A stretch of 64,000 nucleotides of DNA from assembly GCA_015233195.1 (NCBI GenBank), contig JADFYE010000004.1, positions 66,411-130,410 on the forward strand, given 5' to 3'. The translations under genes and the position numbers were made by a program. This DNA is from Candidatus Omnitrophota bacterium (lineage in GTDB: Bacteria; Omnitrophota; Gorgyraeia; Zapsychrales; Zapsychraceae). Every line of letters begins with the position of its first letter. Positions within the stretch are counted from its first letter, which is position 1. The notes below the pieces were generated by a model. That model saw only the letters and a program-made list of their open reading frames with translations, did not search any database and was not told the DNA's origin. Below are positions 18,583 through 27,899 of the stretch, piece after piece.

Positions 18583-19662
18583 GTGAGTGGAATGTTTTTA
18601 AATTCTTTATTTTTAAAACAATTTAAAGATTTATTAATTGTCGGGTTGATGGCGGTTCTGGTGATTGGTTTGCTTGAAGGAGGATTACGGATATTCTGGC
18701 CGCAACCTTTTAAAACTGTTTATTTCGGTCAGCCTCCAGGTTTGATTGATCCAGATGTAGGCGTGATTCTTCGACCAGGCGCGAAATGGATGATGCAGAA
18801 ACCGGAATTTAATACAGTATTTGAATTAAGTCCGGAAGGATTCAGGGATAAAGTTGATCATTCCTTGCCAGTACCTTTTGATACTAAGCGGATTTTAATC
18901 ATTGGGAGTTCTCATACTTTAGGTGCCGGAGTTGAGTATGAGGGTATATGGTCAGTAATTTTTGAGAAATATTTACTTGATAATCATGTAAAGGCTGATG
19001 TTATAAAAGCTGGAATGAATGCTTTTGATACAGCATCAAGCGTTCGGTTTGTTGAAAAGTTATTCCCGCGTTATAAGCCTAATTTAGTTATTATTGAACT
19101 ATCTACTGCGGTGATTATGTCTAATCCGTCTTATTCTGAAACAAAACCTAGTGTTAATGCGGATGGTTTTATAAAAATTGTAAGTGAGGAAAAACATGAT
19201 CTTTATTTTATTTCAGTGATTAAGCGTTTATTGCGGATTAATGATGTTTTTTTTGCTAATTATAATATGAAAAAAGGATGGGGACCGATTCTGACCGTGG
19301 ATAGTAGTTCACGTAAACATCAAGTTGAGGTTACTGAACAATGGTTAGCTAGGGCAGCAAAATATTTAAAGTCGCAAGGCACAAAATTAGTGGTAGTAAC
19401 TATTCCGGAAAATACGCAGATGTTGATTAATGCTCGCAAAATAAAGATCCCCGGAATAGATCCGCAGGTTAATGACCGGGAGCTTGAAAAATTTTGTAAA
19501 GAGCAGGGAATTTTTTGGATATCTCCACTTGATTATTTTTCGCAGCAATATCTTTTACAAAAAAAAGAATTGTATTATCGTTTAGATGGGCACATGAACA
19601 GTCTAGGACATAAAGCTTTAGCTGAATATGTGTTTCGCAATTTATATTCGACGCTTAATTAA
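18583..19662 (+). CDS. Membrane-anchored SGNH/GDSL-like hydrolase or acyl-esterase family protein
   Basis: N-terminal TM helix. Block I-like ILIIGSSHTLG and block V-like LDGHMNSLGH (DxxH). Convergent with, and abutting, the second MBOAT gene. Start is GTG 18583 or ATG 18592. Confidence 0.5.
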   Translation: MSGMFLNSLFLKQFKDLLIVGLMAVLVIGLLEGGLRIFWPQPFKTVYFGQPPGLIDPDVGVILRPGAKWMMQKPEFNTVFELSPEGFRDKVDHSLPVPFDTKRILIIGSSHTLGAGVEYEGIWSVIFEKYLLDNHVKADVIKAGMNAFDTASSVRFVEKLFPRYKPNLVIIELSTAVIMSNPSYSETKPSVNADGFIKIVSEEKHDLYFISVIKRLLRINDVFFANYNMKKGWGPILTVDSSSRKHQVEVTEQWLARAAKYLKSQGTKLVVVTIPENTQMLINARKIKIPGIDPQVNDRELEKFCKEQGIFWISPLDYFSQQYLLQKKELYYRLDGHMNSLGHKALAEYVFRNLYSTLN

Positions 19663-21077
19663 AACATTTGATAAACAAATTGCGGTTTATCATAGGCTGA
19701 CATGGATAGAACTAAGCTTAATAAAAGTAATTTTAAAGCTAAAGCAAAATGTTTGCTAAATGGAAACTCAGCCAGTTTTGTTCTTATCAAAACAGAGTGA
19801 TCAAAAAAAGTCTCATATAGAAATCTTAACATACCCCAAACGATAGCTCCAAGTAATAGTACGTTTAGAGTTCCTTGCCAGGATAAAATTTCAAAAAAAT
19901 GTTGTAGTTGTTGAAAATTAGCAAATAAACAGCTTATACAAATGCTCATATAGCTAAAAGTCAATCCACTCATCAGATTATTGTATAGTTTGTGACTATG
20001 CAAAGATTCAAATTGGCGTTTATTCAGTCGGTAGCGTAATAGGACTTCATATAATTTATTTGCGCTTACCCCGCATCCTAATAGTATTCCATAAACCATG
20101 GCTGCGGCTGTTGATCCATGCCATATGCCTGCGGCAAAAAATGTGATAAAAAAAGCGATAATTCCATACCAAGGTGTGAATTTAGGATCAGTTGATTTAG
20201 ACATCATCCATTTCATTAAAGGATTAAAAATATAAATTTTTATCCAAGCTGATAGGGTGATATGCCAACGGTTCCAGAATTCTAGAAGTCCTTTGGATTT
20301 AAAAGAATGGTTAAAATTTTCCGGAAACGTAAATCCCGCAAAATGACCTAAACTAATAATAATATCCATATATCCTGAAAAATTGAAATATAGAAAAATA
20401 AGGTAGCAGAAGGTGCTAGTTGAGAATGTTATGATTATAGATTGATGGTTGGTAAATGCTGCCAATTGATTTTGATGAAAGTAAAAAAATATCGGGCATA
20501 AGACTATGATTTTTATATATCCGTTAATTAGGCGGTTGACGTGGTCAAAAAGTGCTAAATTTAAAAAAATCTCTTTTTTTGAATTGGAGAACTGGGCTTT
20601 AAATTCAGGATATAATTGGATCGGTCCAGATATAAAACTTAAAGGACAACAGGTATAGGTAAAAAAATCAGTGAAAGTGAATTTTTTTTCAATTTGTCCT
20701 TCTTTAGCGTCTATTAATAAATGGAGGCAACGAAATAAAATATAGGATAAGCCTAAAACTTGGTAAGGTGATTTTATAAATGGTAGAAAAGATAAAAGAG
20801 AATATTTTTTTAGATATGCAAAAAACAATACCAAGAAACTGATCATTATAAAAATTAAATTTTTTGAAGGATATTTTAGAATAATTTTTATAAATGCATA
20901 GTTAAGTATTAAAAAAAAGAAAAAGTAAATGCTTTGACCTGGAGGGAAAATAAGAAAGATAAAGCACAAGTTAAATATACTTAGACCCCATGATTTCCAT
21001 ACCTTGGCTGGCAATATATAATATCCGCTAATAAACGCTAACATATATAATATGAACTGTTTAGAAGTGAAGTCCAT
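19659..21077 (-). CDS. MBOAT-family membrane O-acyltransferase, copy 2
   Basis: 472-aa polytopic protein. Contains FWNRWHITLSAWIKIYIFNP and WHGST. One of only two minus-strand genes in the window. Confidence 0.8.
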   Translation of the reverse strand: MDFTSKQFILYMLAFISGYYILPAKVWKSWGLSIFNLCFIFLIFPPGQSIYFFFFLILNYAFIKIILKYPSKNLIFIMISFLVLFFAYLKKYSLLSFLPFIKSPYQVLGLSYILFRCLHLLIDAKEGQIEKKFTFTDFFTYTCCPLSFISGPIQLYPEFKAQFSNSKKEIFLNLALFDHVNRLINGYIKIIVLCPIFFYFHQNQLAAFTNHQSIIITFSTSTFCYLIFLYFNFSGYMDIIISLGHFAGFTFPENFNHSFKSKGLLEFWNRWHITLSAWIKIYIFNPLMKWMMSKSTDPKFTPWYGIIAFFITFFAAGIWHGSTAAAMVYGILLGCGVSANKLYEVLLRYRLNKRQFESLHSHKLYNNLMSGLTFSYMSICISCLFANFQQLQHFFEILSWQGTLNVLLLGAIVWGMLRFLYETFFDHSVLIRTKLAEFPFSKHFALALKLLLLSLVLSMSAYDKPQFVYQMF

Positions 21078-21113
21078 AACTGCAGCATCCCTTTGTATAA
21101 ATAATTTAATAGA

Positions 21114-21141
21114 TTGATATAATTTTTAACTCTAATATAAT
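21114..21141 (+). promoter_or_regulatory. Candidate sigma70-type promoter for the 21211..27854 block
   Basis: TTGATA (21114-21119), a 16-nt spacer, then TATAAT (21136-21141), about 70 nt upstream of the GTG at 21211. It lies in the only sizeable divergent intergenic gap of the glycan locus. The region is very AT-rich, so a chance match is possible. Confidence 0.3.
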
Positions 21142-21210
21142 ATCAGTTAATTTGTTGCGTAAAATAATTAATTAATATTTCATTTTATTGAAAAAAATGT
21201 AGGAGTTTTT

Positions 21211-21609
21211 GTGAATAATAGCATAAAGCTTGATCTATTTGGACCAGACGTTTTTTTTCACCACGTGGGAATCGCAACTTTATGCGGGGACAATATTTGT
21301 CCAGAAGCAAAAGTGGTAGAAGAGCCTATTCAAAAGGTTAAAGTTCGTTTTGCTGATATGCATGGGTTAAATGTTGAAATTATTGAACCGCTTACAGAAA
21401 AATCTCCTATAAGGAATTTTCTTAAAAAGCATCAGTATTTTTATCATTTATGTTTTATGGTAGAGGATATTGATCGTGCAATTGAACTAGCAGAACAGAA
21501 AAATTTTCGTTGTGTTGCTTTGCCAGCGTCTTCCAATGCTTTTAATGGCAAGTCTATTGCATGGGTATATAGTTCTACATATGGTCTAGTTGAATTCGTG
21601 AGTCGATAA
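21211..21609 (+). CDS. VOC-family protein (glyoxalase / methylmalonyl-CoA-epimerase-like fold)
   Basis: 132 aa. FFHHVGIAT near the N-terminus and a second half-domain with YHLCFMVEDI. GTG start preceded by GTAGGAG. Confidence 0.55.
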   Translation: MNNSIKLDLFGPDVFFHHVGIATLCGDNICPEAKVVEEPIQKVKVRFADMHGLNVEIIEPLTEKSPIRNFLKKHQYFYHLCFMVEDIDRAIELAEQKNFRCVALPASSNAFNGKSIAWVYSSTYGLVEFVSR

Positions 21610-21623
21610 TTAGTAGATGGAGT

Positions 21624-23447
21624 TTGATAAAAAGTTTTATGGATAAATTTAAAACAATTAAAGAATTAGTTGCTAATAAATCGTATACAGAAGCTTTTGA
21701 GCTGTTAAAACAAGCGTTGCATAAAGATGATGATTTTATCGTTCAGCATAAAGCCGCTTTGGTTTGGAAAAATTTTCCTAAACAACATTTAGATTTAAAA
21801 AAAATAAAAGTTTCAGTACTTTCTTCTTCAACAACTTCTCATCTCTTGCCGGTTTTGGATGTTTGGTTAGCTAAAAATGGGTTAAATGCTCAGTTGTGGG
21901 AATCGGAATTTGATACTTTTGACCAGATGATCATTGATTCCAAGAGTGATTTATATAAATTCAACCCTGAGATTGTTTTTATTTTAATAAATTATAGAGA
22001 TATTGATCAAGACGTGGAGAATAGGATTGCTCATTTTCAAGGACTTTGGGATTTGCTTCAGCAGCGGTTGGATTGTTTTGTGATTCAAAGTAATGTTGAT
22101 GTTCCGCTTACCCGAATTATGGGAAACTATGAAGCAGTTTTAAGCAGTAGTAACCAAAATTTGTTGCGGAAATTTAATTCTAGGTTAGGCGAAGCAGTTA
22201 AGACGGGTGTTACAGTATTTGATCTTGAATATATTGCAGGCATGTTTGGAAAGAAACAATGGTTTGATAATCGTTATTGGTATCATTCTAAACACGCGTT
22301 CAATCTGGAAGCTATTGGGTTAGTGGCTTTCTATTTATCGCGTTTGATCGCAGGGGTAAAAGGATTATCAAAAAAATGTTTAGTTTTGGATTTGGATAAT
22401 ACTTTATGGGGCGGGGTTATTGGGGATGATGGCATTAATGGCATTATTCTAGCTAATGGCGCGGTAGGAGAGGCTTTTGTTGATTTTCAAAAATATATTC
22501 GAGGTTTAAAGGAGCGGGGTATCATTCTTACTATTTGCAGTAAAAATGAAGAATTAAACGCTAAAGAACCTTTTTTAAAACATCCTGAAATGATATTGAA
22601 GCTGGATGATATAGCAGTATTCAACGCGAATTGGAATAATAAGGCTGATAATATATGTTCTATAGCTGAGACTTTGAATATTGGATTAGATTCAATGGTG
22701 TTTATAGATGATAATCCTGCTGAAAGGGAATTGGTTCGATCTATTTTACCTCAGGTTACTGTAGTTGATATGCCAGAGGATCCTGCGGATTATATTCGGG
22801 CTTTGGATGAACAGGCATTATTTGAAACTATTGCGTTTTCAGATGAGGATAGAATTCGTAATGATTTTTATCGGGATAATTCAAAACGGCAAGCTTTGCA
22901 AAAACAATTCACTGATTTGAATGAATATTTAAAAAGTTTAGAAATGAGTTCGGTAGTAGGTGATTTTGATGAAGTAAATTTAGGTCGGATAGCTCAGCTG
23001 ATTAATAAAAGCAATCAGTTTAACCTTACAACAAATAGATATACTGAAGTTCAGATTAAATCTATGATGAATGATCCTGCTTATTCAACTAGATTTTTTC
23101 GTTTGAAAGATCGTTTAGGGGATAATGGATTAATTTCCGCGGTTATTTTAAAAGATTTTGGTCAGGGAGTATTAGGAATTGATACGTGGGTGATGAGTTG
23201 CCGGGTTTTATCCAGAGGAATGGAAGAATTTATTTTTAATGAAATTATTTCTTTAGCTAAGACAAAACAGTATAAATCTATTCAAGGTCAGTACATCCCA
23301 ACCAAGAAAAACGGGCTAGTAGCTGATCTTTTAAAAAATTTAGGTTTTGTTTTGGAAAGAAATGAAAATGGTGTAACGTGGTGGCATTGCGAGGTAAGTA
23401 ATGTGGAATTGAAAAAGGTTCATATTAAGAAAGAAAATTATTCTTAG
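21624..23447 (+). CDS. FkbH-like HAD-superfamily IIIC protein (phosphatase / acyl-loading enzyme) with a C-terminal acyltransferase-like region
   Basis: LVLDLDNTLWGGVIGDDG, TICSKN and FIDDNPAE motifs of HAD-IIIC/FkbH domains. C-terminal DTWVMSCRVLSRGMEEF. Start is uncertain: TTG 21624 or ATG 21639. Confidence 0.8.
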   Translation: MIKSFMDKFKTIKELVANKSYTEAFELLKQALHKDDDFIVQHKAALVWKNFPKQHLDLKKIKVSVLSSSTTSHLLPVLDVWLAKNGLNAQLWESEFDTFDQMIIDSKSDLYKFNPEIVFILINYRDIDQDVENRIAHFQGLWDLLQQRLDCFVIQSNVDVPLTRIMGNYEAVLSSSNQNLLRKFNSRLGEAVKTGVTVFDLEYIAGMFGKKQWFDNRYWYHSKHAFNLEAIGLVAFYLSRLIAGVKGLSKKCLVLDLDNTLWGGVIGDDGINGIILANGAVGEAFVDFQKYIRGLKERGIILTICSKNEELNAKEPFLKHPEMILKLDDIAVFNANWNNKADNICSIAETLNIGLDSMVFIDDNPAERELVRSILPQVTVVDMPEDPADYIRALDEQALFETIAFSDEDRIRNDFYRDNSKRQALQKQFTDLNEYLKSLEMSSVVGDFDEVNLGRIAQLINKSNQFNLTTNRYTEVQIKSMMNDPAYSTRFFRLKDRLGDNGLISAVILKDFGQGVLGIDTWVMSCRVLSRGMEEFIFNEIISLAKTKQYKSIQGQYIPTKKNGLVADLLKNLGFVLERNENGVTWWHCEVSNVELKKVHIKKENYS

Positions 23448-23471
23448 TATATAATTTGAAAGGGTATATTG

Positions 23472-23723
23472 ATGGGTGAAATGCGAGAGTCAATTAAAGC
23501 ACAGCTTAATAAAGTTTTTCAAAAGGTTTTTGATGATGAAGATATTCAAATAACTGATGCTACTGCGGCTAAGGATATTGATCAGTGGGATTCGTTGATG
23601 CATATAACGTTGATTGTATCTATAGAAAAAGAATTTAAGGTTCGTTTTAATACTTCAGAAGTTGGAAAACTCGAGAATGTTGGACAACTAATTAATCTAT
23701 TATTACAGCGTTTAGGAAAATGA
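23472..23723 (+). CDS. Acyl carrier protein
   Basis: About 83 aa. Phosphopantetheine attachment motif DQWDSLMHITL (DSL). Sits immediately downstream of the FkbH-like gene. Confidence 0.8.
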   Translation: MGEMRESIKAQLNKVFQKVFDDEDIQITDATAAKDIDQWDSLMHITLIVSIEKEFKVRFNTSEVGKLENVGQLINLLLQRLGK

Positions 23724-24733
23724 AAGCCAAAACCTTCTTAAATATTTTATACGGTTTAAAGGTTCATGTATTAGCGAGAAGAATTAATTTTCGTAATGCT
23801 GTCATTTTGTCATATCACCGTGTTGCGTCTTCAAACACATTTGAAGAATTGTATCCAGGGATGATAGTTACTGCAGATAATTTTAAATTGCAGATGGATT
23901 TTCTTAAAAAAAATTATCAAATAATATCTTTGGAGGAGTTGATATCAGCTAAGGATAAAGCTTCTTTTCCGCATAATACTGCAGTTATAACTTTTGATGA
24001 TGGTTACTATGATAATTATGAATTTGCTTACCCTGTCCTTAATGAATTGAATTTACCTGCTACTATTTTTATTTCAACTGATTTTATTGAAAAAGGGCGG
24101 TCTTTTTTCTGGGATGAAGTAGCTTACATGGTTTTTAATACTAAGCGTTCTAATTTTCAGTTACAGTTAGGCAATGAGAGGGTTTCATTTAATTTAGAAT
24201 TAAAGTCACAGGCTGTCACCCAACTTTGTTTACGAATGAAACAACTCTCACAGATGGAGCAGGAAATAATATTAGATACGCTTAGCGCGTTTTTGGCTGT
24301 ACCGCGTAACCGCGCAGTATCTAATTTTCTTACGTGGTCGGTAATGAAAGAAATGCAACAGCATAAAATTTCGTTTGGAGCTCACACTCATTCGCATGGC
24401 GCTTCCTCAGTTGGAGGTTTTAATGAGATTATGTCAGATATCCTTAAATCAAAAGAGGTATTGGATAATAAGTTATCTCAGAATACAAAAATATTTGCTT
24501 ATCCGTTTGGGGATAAGACTGATATTGCATTAGATGTAAGCCAGGGTTTAGCTAAATATGGATTTAAATGCGCGGTAACTCTCGAGGCTGGTTTGGTTAA
24601 AATACAAGATGATCCTTTTTTATGGAAGAGAGTTGGTATTGGCGGTCATGATGATCGAGTACGGTTTGCTTTGAAAACCAGCGGCGTGTTGCCGTTATTA
24701 AGTAAATTTAAGGCAAAAATGCAGGGATGTTAA
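23720..24733 (+). CDS. Polysaccharide deacetylase (NodB homology domain) family protein
   Basis: NodB motifs VITFDDGYYDNY and GAHTHSH, plus LPATIFI. ATGA overlap with the ACP gene. Confidence 0.8.
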   Translation: MKAKTFLNILYGLKVHVLARRINFRNAVILSYHRVASSNTFEELYPGMIVTADNFKLQMDFLKKNYQIISLEELISAKDKASFPHNTAVITFDDGYYDNYEFAYPVLNELNLPATIFISTDFIEKGRSFFWDEVAYMVFNTKRSNFQLQLGNERVSFNLELKSQAVTQLCLRMKQLSQMEQEIILDTLSAFLAVPRNRAVSNFLTWSVMKEMQQHKISFGAHTHSHGASSVGGFNEIMSDILKSKEVLDNKLSQNTKIFAYPFGDKTDIALDVSQGLAKYGFKCAVTLEAGLVKIQDDPFLWKRVGIGGHDDRVRFALKTSGVLPLLSKFKAKMQGC

Positions 24734-24745
24734 GGAAGATAATTT

Positions 24746-25822
24746 ATGTATCGTAGGCTTTCAGAAGCGGCTTATTTGCATTGGTTATTTCGTCAACCTG
24801 CGGATAATACCACACAACCTTACAAGTTTGCGTATGGTCGTACGGCATTAAAATATGGTTTAAAATGTCTGGGACTTGATAATGCGGTTGGGTCTGCTCA
24901 ATTTAAAATTTTAATTCCGTCGTTTATTTGTGAAGTTGTGCCGCAGGCTTTGGAGCAGTTAGGAATTAAACCGGTTTTTTATGAAGTAACTCCAAATTTA
25001 ACTCCGGTATGGAGTCAAGTCGAATCTTTGATTAGTAATGATGTTAAGGGTTTAATGATTGTACATTATTTCGGACATGCTCAAGACATTAATTTTTGTG
25101 AAAAATTTTGTAAGAACCACGGGATTTTATTGATTGAAGATAATGCGCATGGATATGGCAGTAAATATAATGGACAAGCTTTAGGCACGTTTGGTGATTT
25201 GGGGATAGTTTCGGTTCATAAAACTTATCCATTGTTAAATGGCGCGTACTTATATCTTAAAAATAATTTTTTAAATATACCAAATCTTCCGCTTGAACCA
25301 TGTAATATATTTTTCAAGCAATTTAAAAAATGGGTAAAACAAATAGTCGGGTTTGTGCCAGTTTTAGAAAAAAATATTCGAAAAAAATATGATTATGCCT
25401 CACAAAATGAGTTTCGGGAACCTATGGTTCCGGATTATGTGATGGACAGTGCTACGCATTTATTTATTCAAAATCAAAATTTAGAATTTAATAGTAATAT
25501 TCGACGAAGAATTTATTACATATGGCAAAAGTGGGCTGAATTACAAAATTTGGTTTCAGTTTGGTCGAATTTAGCTGAAGAAGCAGTACCCATGAATTAC
25601 GCGGCATGGGTAACCTCGAATGAGCAAAGAAAGAAATGGTTTAAGTGGGGATATGAAAATGGGATTGATATACATTCATGGCCGACTTTACCCAGGGAAG
25701 TAATTCAGAGTAATAGCAATGCTTTAAAATATTGGGAAAAATTAATTTGTTTTCCGATACATTCAGGAATGAACCCTGAACAGCTAGAGCGCAAATTAAA
25801 TAAACTTTCTTTTAAGGAATAA
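24746..25822 (+). CDS. DegT/DnrJ/EryC1/StrS-like PLP-dependent enzyme (divergent)
   Basis: ILIPSFICEVVPQA, MIVHYFGHAQD, LLIEDNAHGYG, and SVHKTYPL containing the candidate PLP lysine. These are collinear with sugar aminotransferases but divergent. Confidence 0.55.
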   Translation: MYRRLSEAAYLHWLFRQPADNTTQPYKFAYGRTALKYGLKCLGLDNAVGSAQFKILIPSFICEVVPQALEQLGIKPVFYEVTPNLTPVWSQVESLISNDVKGLMIVHYFGHAQDINFCEKFCKNHGILLIEDNAHGYGSKYNGQALGTFGDLGIVSVHKTYPLLNGAYLYLKNNFLNIPNLPLEPCNIFFKQFKKWVKQIVGFVPVLEKNIRKKYDYASQNEFREPMVPDYVMDSATHLFIQNQNLEFNSNIRRRIYYIWQKWAELQNLVSVWSNLAEEAVPMNYAAWVTSNEQRKKWFKWGYENGIDIHSWPTLPREVIQSNSNALKYWEKLICFPIHSGMNPEQLERKLNKLSFKE

Positions 25823-25827
25823 TTATT

Positions 25828-26829
25828 GTGAGATGGGAATTGATAGGGCATGAAACGGCTAGTCGAGAATGGGATAAAAATCTTATTCAACTTAAGGAAT
25901 ATAATGTTTATCAAAGTTTTGGCTGGGCTGAATCAAGAAAATTTTTAGGGTGGACACCTTTGCGGTTGATGGCATTTTCAGATGATAATCAAATAGTAGC
26001 GATGTTTCAGGGTTTGGTCCGTAAATATTTTAATGTTTCACTTTTTTTTGCTCAAGGCGCGCCAGCTGGTGATGTAAAAATTTTAGATAAAGATTTTAAA
26101 AAGGCTATAAGTAGTTTTTTGGGAGCAAAGCATTGGTTTTGCCGTATATATGCGCATCATCTTTATGAAGAAGATCAAGCTTTGTTTTTAAAAAATAATA
26201 ATTGGGTTGTTTCAAAATATATCGCTCAAAGCGGTTTGAGCATGATCATGGATCTTTCGAAGAGCAAAGACGAGATTTTTTCAGCTTTTTCAAAAAATTG
26301 GCGGCATAACCTTCGCCGGTCTTTAAATGAAAATTTGACAGTTGAAAAGTGGATTGATCCTTCTTTGGATGAAGTACAAAAAGTTTTTGCATCAATGGAA
26401 GGAGTTAAGAAGTTAAAATCCATTTTTTCAAATGATGAATTACACGCGATATTCAATTATTTAGGCAAAGATATTATTTTGTATCGTTGTCTGGACGCAA
26501 ATAATGAGGTGTTTGCGTTACGCGGCTGTGTTATTACTGGAGATAGAGCTGTGGATTTTTTTGCCGCCACATCGGAAACAGGCAGAAAAACCTATGCATC
26601 TTATATATTGTTTTGGACTTTGATACAAGATTGTATTGAAAGAAAAATAAAAACCTATGATTTAAATGGAATTGATCCTGCTCAGGGATTAGGAGTTTAT
26701 AATTTTAAAAAGGGCACTGGAGCGGTTCCTGTAAAATATTTGGGAGCGTGGGATTGTGCTAGTTCAGAAATTATTCGCAGGGTTGTTAATTTTATTTATA
26801 ACGTCCGAAAACAAATAAGGGGATATTAG
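25828..26829 (+). CDS. FemAB-like / GNAT-fold (BioF2-like) acyl- or aminoacyl-transferase
   Basis: 333 aa. Sequence includes YNVYQSFGWAESRKFLGW and a C-terminal YDLNGIDP...GVYNFKKGTGA. The layout resembles FemAB-family proteins found in exopolysaccharide loci. GTG start. Confidence 0.55.
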   Translation: MRWELIGHETASREWDKNLIQLKEYNVYQSFGWAESRKFLGWTPLRLMAFSDDNQIVAMFQGLVRKYFNVSLFFAQGAPAGDVKILDKDFKKAISSFLGAKHWFCRIYAHHLYEEDQALFLKNNNWVVSKYIAQSGLSMIMDLSKSKDEIFSAFSKNWRHNLRRSLNENLTVEKWIDPSLDEVQKVFASMEGVKKLKSIFSNDELHAIFNYLGKDIILYRCLDANNEVFALRGCVITGDRAVDFFAATSETGRKTYASYILFWTLIQDCIERKIKTYDLNGIDPAQGLGVYNFKKGTGAVPVKYLGAWDCASSEIIRRVVNFIYNVRKQIRGY

Positions 26830-26903
26830 TTTTATAAGCTGGGCATAGCGCGGTTAAAATATTTTTTAAAATATGGTAGAAATTAGAACGGAGGAATTGC
26901 CGC

Positions 26904-27854
26904 ATGGCGCAGGATCTTCTAGAAAATAATCCTTTGTATGTGGTGGATGTTGGGGCAAGCGGTGGTATCGACCCAAGATGGGCGAAATTTACTTCGTTTT
27001 ATAAAGGCATTTTATTTGAACCTGATCCTAGAGAATATGAAACGCTAAAAGCAAAAAGTGGAAATAATTTAGTTGTTATAAATTCAGCATTATCAGATTC
27101 AGCGGATATGGTAGATTTTAATTTGTGTAGAAAACAGGAGGTATCATCGGTTTATTTACCTAATTTTAATTTCCTAAATAAATTTCCAGAATGCGATAGA
27201 TTTGAAGTAATTAAAAGTATAAAAATTCAAACTGAAACCTTGGATAATCAACTGCGAAAAAATAGTATCTCAGAAATTGATTTTATTAAAATTGATACTC
27301 AAGGCTATGAGTTGCCTATTTTGAAGGGGGGAAGGGAGTGTCTTAATAATGTTATTGGGTTAGAACTAGAAGTGGAATTTGCGTCATTATATAAAAACCA
27401 ACCTTTATTCAATGAGGTTGATAATTTTATTAGAGAAAAAGGTTTTGAGCTTTTTGATATTAAAAGATGTTATTGGAAAAGAAACCGATGTAAAAATACT
27501 GGAAGCCATAAGGGGCAATTGGTATTTGGTGATGCATTATATTTTAAAAGTCCGGAACAAGTGTTATTAATTAAGGGAGTATCACCAGAAAAGATAATTC
27601 GTTCGATCTGTGTTTATTTGGTTTATGGTTATTTAGATTTAGCACAAATATTATTTAATTTGGCTAATGAAAAAGGACTATTTACAAAAGAAATACATGA
27701 TCAGATGGCATTGATCCTTGCTAAGCATGAAAAAATAAATTTTATGCCTAATTTTAAAGGAAAAAATAGAATATGGGGAGTTTTAGAGAAAATGACCCGT
27801 ATGTTTAGTCATTGCGAGTGGTATTCCGGTACAGATAAGTCAATAGGCAATTGA
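26904..27854 (+). CDS. FkbM-family SAM-dependent methyltransferase
   Basis: VVDVGASGG SAM-binding motif and the IDFIKIDTQGYELPILKG FkbM signature. Confidence 0.75.
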   Translation: MAQDLLENNPLYVVDVGASGGIDPRWAKFTSFYKGILFEPDPREYETLKAKSGNNLVVINSALSDSADMVDFNLCRKQEVSSVYLPNFNFLNKFPECDRFEVIKSIKIQTETLDNQLRKNSISEIDFIKIDTQGYELPILKGGRECLNNVIGLELEVEFASLYKNQPLFNEVDNFIREKGFELFDIKRCYWKRNRCKNTGSHKGQLVFGDALYFKSPEQVLLIKGVSPEKIIRSICVYLVYGYLDLAQILFNLANEKGLFTKEIHDQMALILAKHEKINFMPNFKGKNRIWGVLEKMTRMFSHCEWYSGTDKSIGN

Positions 27855-27899
27855 TTTTAAAAACCAATTTTTATTTAAACATATAGTCATGGTTTTATT

